From assembly GCA_037379345.1 (NCBI GenBank), contig CM074519.1, forward strand, positions 6,572,001 through 6,636,000: 64,000 bases of DNA, in the 5' to 3' direction. The stretch comes from Perna viridis. Taxonomy: Eukaryota. Shown one piece after another: positions 26,201 to 38,200 of the stretch. Each line of letters opens with the position of its first letter. Positions within the stretch are counted from its first letter, which is position 1. The position numbers were made by a program, and so were the translations under genes. Under the pieces are notes generated by a model. That model was not told the origin of the DNA. It worked only from the letters and a program-made list of their open reading frames with translations, and did no database searches.

Positions 26201-29200
26201 ATAGTTGGGAAGATTCACACCTTTGCATGGGCATATTGTGATTTGACTAATGTTGGATGAGCACATTTTCATGATTTATATCAAATATGATAACCTTACA
26301 ACGTGCAGGTATCATCATCTCTTACCAAACACTTTTCAAAGATAAGAAAAATGCGGCATCAGATGAGAAATTAAACGATACACCGCTACGTTGTGTTAGC
26401 TAGATTTCATAAAACCCAAAGAGAACAAACTTTCACAATTCCTTAGTATTCACAAAATACCCAGCCACTTTTGTCGAATTTTACGAATTCTTGGGTTTCT
26501 TTTAAAAAGCTTTATTGTCTTGGCATTGTCCTCATTAGCATACAAATATCTTTCCACACCAAACTATGCAATTTGTTATTAAATTTGCTTATATTTTTAG
26601 ATATGACACAAAGATAATAACATGAAAGATATTTCCCAGTTAAATTTGAAAAACTGTGAGCAACCCTATCCCGTATTTAATAACATGCATTTTGTTACCT
26701 CCAAATTAATTTGGATCAAAATCTTAAATTGGCCTTGTGTATTGTAGATTTTGTGAAAATTTCATTAAGTTCCATTCAGTGGTGTTGATGAAGTGACAGA
26801 TAAGACAAGGGATCTCTTCAGTGTAAAAGAAAGTAGGAAATAAGTACAGACGGAAGGATTGATTGATTAATTGTCGGGGTTTAGCAGCAATATTTCAGCT
26901 ATACTCAGGCGATGAACATGAAGTGGATAACAAAATGAACATGAAATGATGACTAAATGAAAAATGGGATGGGACACAAGGATAATGAGGTCGACAAATT
27001 TTGATTGCCACTGGAAATAGGAAGAGATGGGTAGGGTCGGGCAATTTAGCCTCCTGTGACAGAGCCCTATGGTTCCTTCTCCGGGAGAATACAGTAGGAG
27101 TCTTTAACGTGCGAGGAATGTGGCATCTTTCCCAACGCGGTGCACCACTATGGTTTGCGGTCATGTTTTCCGTATTATAGCCTGACAACCTCAGCGTAAC
27201 ACGTCAGGGTTACCCCATTCCACCACCTGGGCACACAACCCAGTTGCTCTGTGGCCAGAGCGCCCTAGCCCCCGGCTAGGGTTCTGAGCACTATTTAGTC
27301 GCCTTTTACGACAAGCTTAGCGCTGCTGCAGGCCTATTTTTGACACCCGGACCTGCACGGGGCCAGACGGAAGGACGGACACCCCGTTTGTTATACATTT
27401 CCTCTCTTGCAAATGTGGGTGCAATTGCTGCATAACGACCAGTACATTTTTGTACACATTTAGCCGTTGATGACGCTATTGTCGTACTTATCGATTAAAA
27501 AACTGATGAAAGTTGTGTTAATTTGATAAATGTCATGTTTTTTTTTTCATGTTAGCTTAAATCATTAAAAAATGATCATAAAACATATTATTTCCTAGGA
27601 GCGAGAGGTCACTCTAATACCTGGTGTTTGATATTTAACCACATCCGCCGTTACATGGATCTCCCCGGACGATGCGTCTAACGAAGAACTTATACTGTAA
27701 TATCTAGGCTGTAAAAGAGGTAGTCTGACAATCAGGTAGTCAGCCGGAAGTCGTATAGAGGGAAACTGTCTCAGTACATCAACCAGAGTTGGCATCTTTG
27801 CAGCTTTCCACTGGTCGTAAGCATTGGTAGTCTAAAAGTATGACGTATTGACATGAAGATTGCAAAAAGATGGGAAAGATTGCATACGAAGATTAAAGTG
27901 GATTTTTTTTCATTAGTACAGTCGTCAAGCTTACATGTAAGTCTGAAATATTTTGCTTTTGCAAATCACGGAATATGAGTCAAATCTAATTGCATTGACA
28001 TCCCTCTACTTGACGCCTACCTGATAGCAATATGACGGTTGCCGCTAATGAAGCAGGACATGCAGACCCTTCAGGCACACTTGAAGCCACTCCTGGTTTT
28101 TGTGGAAGTTCATACTGAATATTTATATTCTAATAATCATTTGTATATATAATTGTACTGTATTTATTTGTCTATATTGTGTAAGTGGATTGGTTCTGTG
28201 TGCTTCCCGCGCGTCATGAACTGTGAATTCTGATGTATCTGATCGACCTTGATGTTTTGGTATAAAACGTATGATGCAGAATACTTTATCATAATTATTG
28301 TTCAAACATTACATCATACAAGTGAAAATACTATCTTTTTCCATCAAAATAGAGTCACTTACTGAAGCCAATTGTCTTAGTCGTTTTTGATCATCTGCAG
28401 TAGATACCATTTCAGACAAATCTTTCAGTAGATCTTGAGACGGTGGCGTTGTGATGTCGATATATGATGTAAGAATATCTCGTAGACTACATTGTGGTAA
28501 TCGGAAATACACTTGCCATGTCTCACTGTTGGCTGTAATTAGTATCAATATAGTTTACATCACAAATGAGGTAAAAAAAACAAAACAGCCGAGGATAGCT
28601 GTAAACCGTAATATATTCGCTATTGGTCTACAGTAAGTCCTGTAACGTTAACATATTAATATTAGCACTTTTCAATATTGACAATCTTCTTTTAAAGCAA
28701 CATAATAGGACGTAAGGAATAATTGCGAGTTTTCAACTAAGCGAAGGTAAATAGCAGAAAAAGCAGGGATGACGGTGGAAAAATAAACCAAAGACAATTC
28801 TATATCAAAAAGACGTTGGAATGAGCTGCTTAACAGGGAATTAGGAGAGAAAAAATATATTGCACCGATGTACATCCGCCGAATATTCTTTGAACAGGAA
28901 AAGCACCAAAACGAAGTCGTGATTGCATACAACGGAAACTATTTTTAAAAAGTAAAAATAGGATAGAAGTCACCAGATGATATATCCTTCCATGAACACT
29001 AGAAAAAGTTAACACAAAGAAATGCATAGCTCTACACAGATACCAAGAAAGCATTGTTGAATGGTCTTTATCAAAGAACATACAAGCCGGCAACGTTATC
29101 GGTCCTCAGTAGCTCATAAAAGTACAATACAATAGAAGTCTCTCCGTCTGATCAGGATTTTAATCTCTAAATTGACCAAATTTATTATAACGCGACAATT

Positions 29201-32200
29201 GTGACTTTTAAACTGTCAGCTATATTGTCCTACGCTTAAGCTTACAATTTGCTTTATCCTAATAAGTTTCTGCTTTTTGTTACATATGCTCTGCTATTTT
29301 CTATGTAGGGATGGATAATTTATTATGCAATAGCAACCCGGGCAAGAATATGTTGCTTATACAATACGGTCATCAATCAAAAATGCTGACATGATCAGCC
29401 GATACCAAATATCCCTTCAAAAACGACCTCCATATTTCATATACCGTTTAGCAGATAACTTTGGCGGGGTGCTAATTTTGGCGTTTTTAGCGGTCTGTCT
29501 AAAACTGCAAAATTTTACTATGGCTTAAGTACTAAGTTTATCTCTCAGCATCCGCCAAAATTTTTCGTATAACTTTTTACCTCAAAAGCGCCAAATTCAA
29601 ATTTTACACCCGCCAAAATAACCCGCTATACAGTGTATTTACTCTTTTACCGGACTTAATTTCAATAACCAGCATGAGGGTGGCTTGTGATAGCAGGAAC
29701 ATCTCACCTTTCCGGGGCACCTATGTTGGATGGGTTCGTGCTTATTTGTTTATGTTTTAAATTGCTTGCGTTAATATGTTCAACGTCCATTGCCCCTTTA
29801 GTGTTCCGAAGATATGTTCATCCACGGGTTTGCATCACCAATTGTGTCAATACTCACTCGTCTTGGTACTTAGCTTTCCTTTTTATTACAAACATTGACC
29901 ATTTGTCTAATAATCTTTATCAGAAGATAGAGTGAAAGCATATCCCATGAAGACTGGTGATATTGTGTTACTTCAATGCATGCAGTTACTGTTTTCCTCC
30001 CTAAAGCGCTGACTTGGTTCAATAAGTAAGATAAGCACATATACGCTGTGACAGTCGATGTTTTTTTTTTTTTGCAAATAACACGCAAAGTACACTGCAA
30101 ATGCTTTTATCATGAATATCCCATGTGTCTTGAAATTTTTGTTTATTGCCTTAGAAGAGGTATCACGTGACTAAATGACTAAAATGAGTGATCCATTGAT
30201 CTCACTCACTATGAATTCGAGAGATAAGTAATCTTTCACACACAGATATAGAACATTTTCGGATAATAGCAAGTAAGCTAAAAGCTCAACCAAGAGATGA
30301 AAGCATTTAAGTATTTTCTCACCGTGTCTAACACCTGTAAATTTGAATATTTAAATTTTAAAATGTTTAAACATTTGATTGGTTGAATATCTTGTTATAC
30401 AACATGCAGCTGCATTTTTCATTTACTGATAAGAACTTAATCAAACATACAATATAAGTTAAAACAAGCTTGTGAAATGTATCCATGGCTGAATTCAATA
30501 ACATTGGTCTTCTACCGTTTTCGTTTCTTGACTTATTGATGATTTTAAAGTACATAGTATAAACGTATCATACATAATTAAGTAGTACTCCAGCTAAGAA
30601 TCATGCAAACTGTGATTTGTGGTTAGAAAGCCTATATATTTGTATTTTTAATATTTTGTTTAAAATGTTATAGTGACCGGAAATTAACATGTGGCTTTTC
30701 ACATAACCCCTGTTTAAAGAAGATAAAAAAATATATATAATGTACTGTAGATTTCATAATTAAGAGAGAGAACTCTGTAAATGACATTCGCATACAATAG
30801 GATCTATTGGATTTTCAGATTTTCTCCAAAGAGCAGACGGATTTTAATGGATGTTTACACATTTCATAATATAGACCCATGAAAGAACTTAATTACAAAA
30901 ATAAAAATATTTAGCCTTTTTGGAGTGTATCACATTTTTCAGATTTTGCATGATTCTTACAAAGACAGCTTCTTCAATTTATCACAGCAGGAGTACGTGT
31001 TTGACTGTTATGGTTTGAGGAAGAAAAAAATCCCTTTTACAAGAAACATGTTTAGTACTTATAGTGTAACAGTTTTGGTGTAGAGGTAAAGGTGTGTTAA
31101 GGTTTATTACACAACTTTTAATTCAATACAATAACATACCATTTTTGTCCGTTTCTGAGTCAATAAATCGCTGCTCTACTTTCACCGGTTTGTCAACATC
31201 TGGTACATTCTTCACGTACTGTAGTAATTCTTCAACCAGTCTTGCTGGATTACTAGGGAACAGTAGAACATGGTCGCCTGGATTGTAGTCTAATTTTGAC
31301 TCATTTCCCCTCATATCTATTTTTGCTAATATTGTCAACCTCCTGAAAAGTCAAATTCAAAACCCAGTGTTCCAGTTCACTTTGACAAACCCATCCAGAA
31401 TGCTTATGCAGTATCAATGCTTAAACCCCCCCCCAAAAAAAAAAACAAAACAAAAAATGACTGAAAAATGTATGTACCGACTACTACAATTTCAAGATGT
31501 GATACATAATTTTCCTTTGACTGACATAAAGAATTGTACATACCCAGAACTCATTTCGAACCGCGTTCTATCCTTAAGTCTACACGTTACTACATTCTTC
31601 CTATGAATTCTTGTTAACTCTGAAAACAAATATAATATAGATCTGAAATGTATTAGACAAAATGGACCAATATATGACCTTATTTATATCAGACCGGAGA
31701 TCAGTTTAAAAAAAAATGTATTTGAGATAACACGGCAAGTCATGACCTCTGTCCCAGAGTCTGGGTTGGGGTCGTATATAGAATATACTACATGAACAGT
31801 GACATTTACAAAATTTTACCAATAATACAAATTTGTGAATATTCGTAAAGCTCAATGCTTCCTTTTTTATTTGATAATATTATTTCGAAGATTGACTAAT
31901 AAGAGGCTTTATGTGAAATACAATTGTGTTAATGACATCCGTGATTTATCTAGCTTGGGTCATAGGGATTTTCCTGGTACCATAATAAAAATGTTGTAAA
32001 TAGAAAGTATCGCGGGGTACATAAAGCACAGTATTGATTAATGTGCTCAGAAGTTTTTTTTTTTTTTTGGATTAAACAGTTTCAAATATTACATAAGAAA
32101 GGCCAGGCTTAATAATCTTCAAATTTGGTGATGTCGGTCACCATCAAAGCTGTATTCACGCATAGAAACAGAAAAATGAATCCCTTCTGTTTATAATGTT

Positions 32201-35200
32201 TTTAAATTCATTGACGTTTTGGATTAAAGTGTCCTATGTTTGCATTAAATATTTCATAAAATATGGATTATCCATCTGTCATACTTATAAATATTATGTA
32301 ACGCAAATAAAGCCTGCCGGAGTACTATAGTAATAAATATATGTTTACATACCTAATATGCATGATAGTTACATAAACGGTAAAGCCTGTCTAAACCAAA
32401 CTATTTTTGTACTGTATAAAATTTGTCCATTAGATAAGCATTTGGTTTACCAAAGTTTTAAATAATGGAGTTACTTCATAAAGTGTCTTTTTTTAACAGG
32501 TTTTCTGTTAAATCAAGGTTTAAGGAGATAGGTTTCTTCATTTTTTTTTCATTACCTTCAGTAATTGATATATTTCTGTGAGTTGACACTGGGGCGATTC
32601 TAAATCTGCCAGGTTTCCACGTCATATCAGAGTTGTCCAACATTGCTGCAGCCCCTTTTTGGCCTTCATTATCCTTGATATTATAAGACACACACGAAGC
32701 CTGGAAAAACGAAAGGAGTACAAGAGACAGCAAAATCAATATACCATATCGTGGGAAAAGTAATGCACCAATTTGCCAAATGAAACAAAAAAGTTCTAAA
32801 ATGTTTAAACCATAAAGAAACTCGATTCGAATTTAGTTTCAAAGGAAGGTATACAGTTACCTTTATTCATATGAACTGCAAAGTAAGGATGCTAAAACAC
32901 TAACATTGTATATTCAAATGCCATATTTCATTGTAGTGTTGATTAGCTGATATCCACTCCACCCAAACATGCACAGGTTTTATTTCAAAGACTTAAAATG
33001 TCATTTCGAATGTATACTAGAAGCATGGAATGAAATGGAAATAATTGCTTTGTTCTACCTTTAAGGATTTGACGGAAATAATACTGATCAGAATAAGGTA
33101 ACAAGTTCAAATATGTTAATTTTTAAATGGAGTAGAACTCGCTAGTCACAGTAATTACATGTGATGTTCTCCTACGATAGCTCGAGGAGGTTCCCCTTGC
33201 GGTGTCATGCTATAGATGATATAAGTTGTTTACCCCAAACACGTTCTTAGCCCAAGTCCTGAAAGATTCTTCTTGTCCACTAAGCTCGTCCCCTTCTCCT
33301 AGACTGTAGATTCTTTTTGCTCCAAGGCTGTTCATTGTATCATCCAAAAAGTGAGCAAAAGCACAGAAATACGGGTATGCTCTTGACCCAAGTCCAAACG
33401 CCGAGAACTTCACATTACTCAGTCCATTTAATACTTGACTTTTTGCATGTTGGATGCTTGAGGATTGGTAGTCATGTCTATTGCTACATTTGAAGATTAT
33501 ATATTTATACAGTTTTACAAATTTTCACTAGGCCAGTTGTTCAATAAAATGTCTGTTCTAACATAGAAAAAGATAGGACTACATGTAACACACGAATTGT
33601 ATCCACAAAAAGTATAAATGTGAACTGAGTGTAAAGCAGTTTAATGTCTTTATTAAAATATTCACTAATATAACAAAACCAATAAAGAGACATATTAAGG
33701 GATCCATGTTTCGAACGGGAGGCAAAAAAAACATAATGCATTGATAACGACTAAATATAAGTAGATACCAACAACATAGAACACGAAATACCCAATACAA
33801 CACACATAAAAAGAAAAGTAAATGAATAACTCAGACACCACTAAAGAGTGGGAGGATGGACCATATGCACCGGTAGAGTAAGCCTCAGCGTTCTCTCCTT
33901 TTTTAGAAACCCTAAAATGTCACGTTCGGGTAGACAAAAGTAGAAAAGTGATACGGTTTCTCATGGTATCCCATAACGATCAACGAGTTTATACACATGA
34001 CTTTGTATGTATTGTCAATAAAGTTAAAGTAGGGACACTGGACCTTTTAAATTCAGTACAATAAATCTAGAAGAGTGGTCAACCTTAGCATTGTATTATT
34101 CGTTCACAAAATAAAGAAAACATATTCAGGGGCGGATCCAGGCACTTTGAAGAGGAGAGCAAGCCGGGGATCCTGAAAAAAAAATAGGGGTGCTAGGACA
34201 TTATTTACTTTTTTTCAATTTTACACATGAAAACGACAATTTATTTTAATGAAAGGGAGGGTTGCCAACTCCCTGCACCACCCCGCCGACCTGGATCCGC
34301 CCGTGCATATTTGACATTGTTAGAGAACTTAACTATTCAGCAAACCTTTTCTTTTGAACTCTATCCTTTTCTGCAGTAAGGCCATTGGAAAACCCCTTGA
34401 ATGAAAAACGCGCATTCGAAAGATATTAGAATGTATTGTTAATGTATAATATCTTTTTTTAATGTTACTGGTATATATGATGCTGCTCTTTCAATGAAAG
34501 GGTGTGTTTTTTTTTACATTCATACATGATGTTTATTTCTTTCTTTTTTTTTCTTTTTTTTTTTTTAGTTCTTTAAATTTCCACTTGAGTCTAAACTATG
34601 AAAACTACCCCTTGTTTATTTTCGCACAATTTATTGCTTTGTGATACCAAGTTCAAGATCAAATTAAAAATTTATGAATGAAGCCTGATGATCTCTTTTA
34701 TAGGAGTTATACGATGGTGCATTTTTTTTTGTTTCACCATATCTGTTCCTTTTTCTTTTTTCATTAACATACCCTGCCATTTTCTGGTGGATGACCATTG
34801 CCAAATGTGCTGGCAACAAACAAGAGTAACTGTTCCCTTGGTAACTCGGCAAGATTATAATTCTCCATGTTCATTAGCTATAAAATGAAAATAAAAAATG
34901 GGAAGTAAGTTTCACATATTGGAATACAAAACCTGATACTTCTTTATAAGAAATGAACATTGGTCAATAGTTACTTAAATGTTTTACATACGGTTTTGTA
35001 AATAATCCGACAAATAAGGTATACTAGTGAAGTATGATAATTATTATATTATTATTAATTATTATAATTATACCAGATTTATCAATCAATGCAGTGATTC
35101 AAGGCCTCACAAAGTTAATTACTTGATTCTCAGACCCACAATCGTTTATTTTAAGGTGCATCATTACCCTTTTTATTGCAATGTCAATAAAACCAAAATA

Positions 35201-38200
35201 CATAATTATCTCCATCGTCAAAGTACCCTAGTTTCGGGAAAACAAATTATTCAAAAACCAGTGTGTTTAAATCTTTGAGAAGCGTTTTGGGACATGCGCC
35301 ATCATAAATGGGTAACTCGTACTTCTGTAAACGTTTTAAGAATTTTCTTTGCTAACAGTCCAATGGCGTTTATCTACAGTCGGGTAAATTAAAACATGTT
35401 CTTAGTCAACAAAGCACAGAAAATGCACAAGTGGTACATGTATTTGTTCTGTTTATGTCGTGTGTATTTTGTTTTGTTTTTTTTTACTCGGCGGCGTTTT
35501 CCGAACAGCAGGGGACGCATACCTCACCTGTGCATCTAGTCCATGCTGCTAGGTTTAGATAGTGAGCCTCTGGTTACTCATTCACTTTTGTTTCTTTATA
35601 AGTTTCATTTTTTGTAATTTCATTTTCTTTGTTGTGTAGGTATGTTTCCTTGTCTACCCTTTACCCAAGGACTACATTCTTTTGATTTTCGCTCGGAAGT
35701 TAGTTTCCTTAATTATTCTTGTACATATGTCCAACGTTTAGTTTTGGTGTCCACGGTGTTGTCTTTTTAAAGCTTTACCCCTTGTTTGTTCACTTGGTAT
35801 TTCTACTTCAATACCGATTTCATTCTCAACTTAAGACAGCACTTACCCTTGCATTAAACGTTTGTTTGAATATCTTGTACAAAGTTGAAGCGAATTTCTC
35901 CGACTTGCCCGTTTCAGTGGCGAAGAGTATGGTACACTTTACACGTTTGGAGTTCGCCGCTGTCATCAAAATAGATGAAAAGAAAGCTGCCCTAAAAAGG
36001 AAATGAATACTTAAAATGTATGTAAATATACCGTAAGAAATCACAACCAATATCGCAGAAAGCCTAAGAGGAAAAATCGTGATACTACATGTACGATGTA
36101 CAAATAACGTCTTTTAAGACAAATTATTAAAATTGCATTATTTGTTTTGCACAATACATGCACATTTGTGTATGAATCTAAATTCAACGTCCAGTGTGTT
36201 ACATGTAGTCTTATCTTTTTCTATGTTAGAACAGAAGTTTACCTGAAATAGCATGTAAGTTGGAACAGTCAGTATGAACACACTGATAAATATTATTGCT
36301 GTGAAACCTATCTAAACCAAACACCTCTTAGACTTTAAAATTTTGTTTGATTTAGACAGGTGTTTGGTTTAGACAAGTGTTCGGTTTTAACAGGTGTTTT
36401 GGTCAGACATGTGTTCAGTTTAGACATGTGTTCAGTTTAGACAAGTTTTCAGTTTAGACAGGTGTTGAATTCAGACATGTGTTTGGTTTAGACATGTGTT
36501 CGGTGTAGATACGTGTTTGGATTAGATAGTTGTTCGGATTATACAAGTATTCGGTTTAGACAGGTGGTTTGTATATATAGTTGTTCAGTTTACCAAGGAA
36601 CAAATTAATAAACAATTTAACATAAAGGGACTTTCAACAAAATTGTATTCACTATAGATTTTCAGATTGTTCAGGGCTCGAGTTAGACAGGATTCACCGT
36701 CCAATGTTTCTATATAATGATATTACTGTTCATGTTAAGCACATAAGAACGGCGTTTTCGTAACAGGAATATGATGCCAACCAAAGCAATGCACTTAAGA
36801 GTAGTGGCCAAGGAATTTGTTATTACAGGTTCAAGGTTGTTCTAGTTTTGTTTGATTTTTTTAAAATTAATTTCAAATTTCATAATACTACGATGGATAA
36901 TAGTATGGAAACCTTACTTAGAAACTATTCTAAACGTCAATTTCTGTTTCCTTCCCCTCTTCTCTCTATCTTTTCTTGTTGCATACGTTCTCCATACCTC
37001 ATCCTGTAAAAGATATACACTCCTTGAGACATTTATGTTTCCCGCACACACGATATCTAAACGCACGCTAAACGCTCATCAAACGCAGATAAACGGACGC
37101 TCCCAGCGTGCGTTTAAACGCACGATAGAAGAACGCTCACAGCGTGCGTTTAAACGCACGATAGATGAAAGATGAAAAATAATATGAACAAATAATGATG
37201 AAAGGGAAAATAGAAAATTGAATTAATGAAAATATATAAATTAAAAATAGAGATAATATAAAAATAGGAGTTGAATCGAGGAATTAATCAAAGTACAAAA
37301 AATAAACGAACGCTTCTTTAGTGCGTTCATCGTGCGTTTAAACGAACGCAAAACGATGTGTAAACGCACGATAAACGATGCACTAACGCTAAAATGGGAA
37401 AACGTGAACGTTTCAAGGAGTGTAAATAGTTCCTATTACGCTTTTTATGTATAGCTAGTTCAAGGAAACTGTATTTCCCTCTATCGGTATTAATACCTCT
37501 CTACAAAGCCAAAGTGACACATCTGGACATCTCATTTGTTTGTCGGTTGATTTGTAATTTGTATCTAATCATGTGTTAAACGCGTCGATGATCTACATAA
37601 GTAAAACATATTATAATAAACATTCGCATCATCTTTTTCTCGGTTTCTGTAATCAACTTATTTTCGTGCTGTTTTATATTTGCAAGTGTAATAAATTTCT
37701 TCCAAGAATTTGCCGAAGAAGAAAGTGACGCGAAAATCTCATGGATTACCGTATCGAAAAATAGACGATCGTCATAATTGTTACTATGTACATGTAGCAC
37801 TTCTTTCCTGGGACTACTTACATGTATGATTTGATTCAACTTCAGCCTTTTTTGTGGACATCATACCTGATATTCATAGGACGGTCTCAATTTGTAGAGG
37901 GCCATTTCTTGGTGGAACACTGGACACAGACTACCACTCATCGGAGGTACAATCCACACCCAGTCAGCAGGACACCCTCCTCTTTGTTTATGTTCGTTCT
38001 GCATGAAGGTCATAAAAGACTCAGAGGCTGTGTGGTGATCCATGATCGTAATTCCACTTAGCTGAAAAAAGGAGAACCATTGAATTTATATCTAAAAATG
38101 AAATTAGGAAAAATACTGCTAAGAGTGTAATTCAAACAAGAAAGCCTGGTGACTGTTGGACAGAAATCGAAAATTAAAATAACAATCAACATAAAGGTAA

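Noticed and set aside
23156-33483. Reductase exons as a separate cytochrome P450 reductase or methionine synthase reductase gene
   Set aside because: They are in phase with the oxygenase and CaM exons and end in NOS-type HEDIFG rather than a terminal DVW
36298-36700. Regularly spaced repeats resembling a CRISPR array (also 56925-57200 and 47754-48047)
   Set aside because: No unique spacers and no cas genes, in eukaryotic intron or intergenic context; these are minisatellites or tandem repeats
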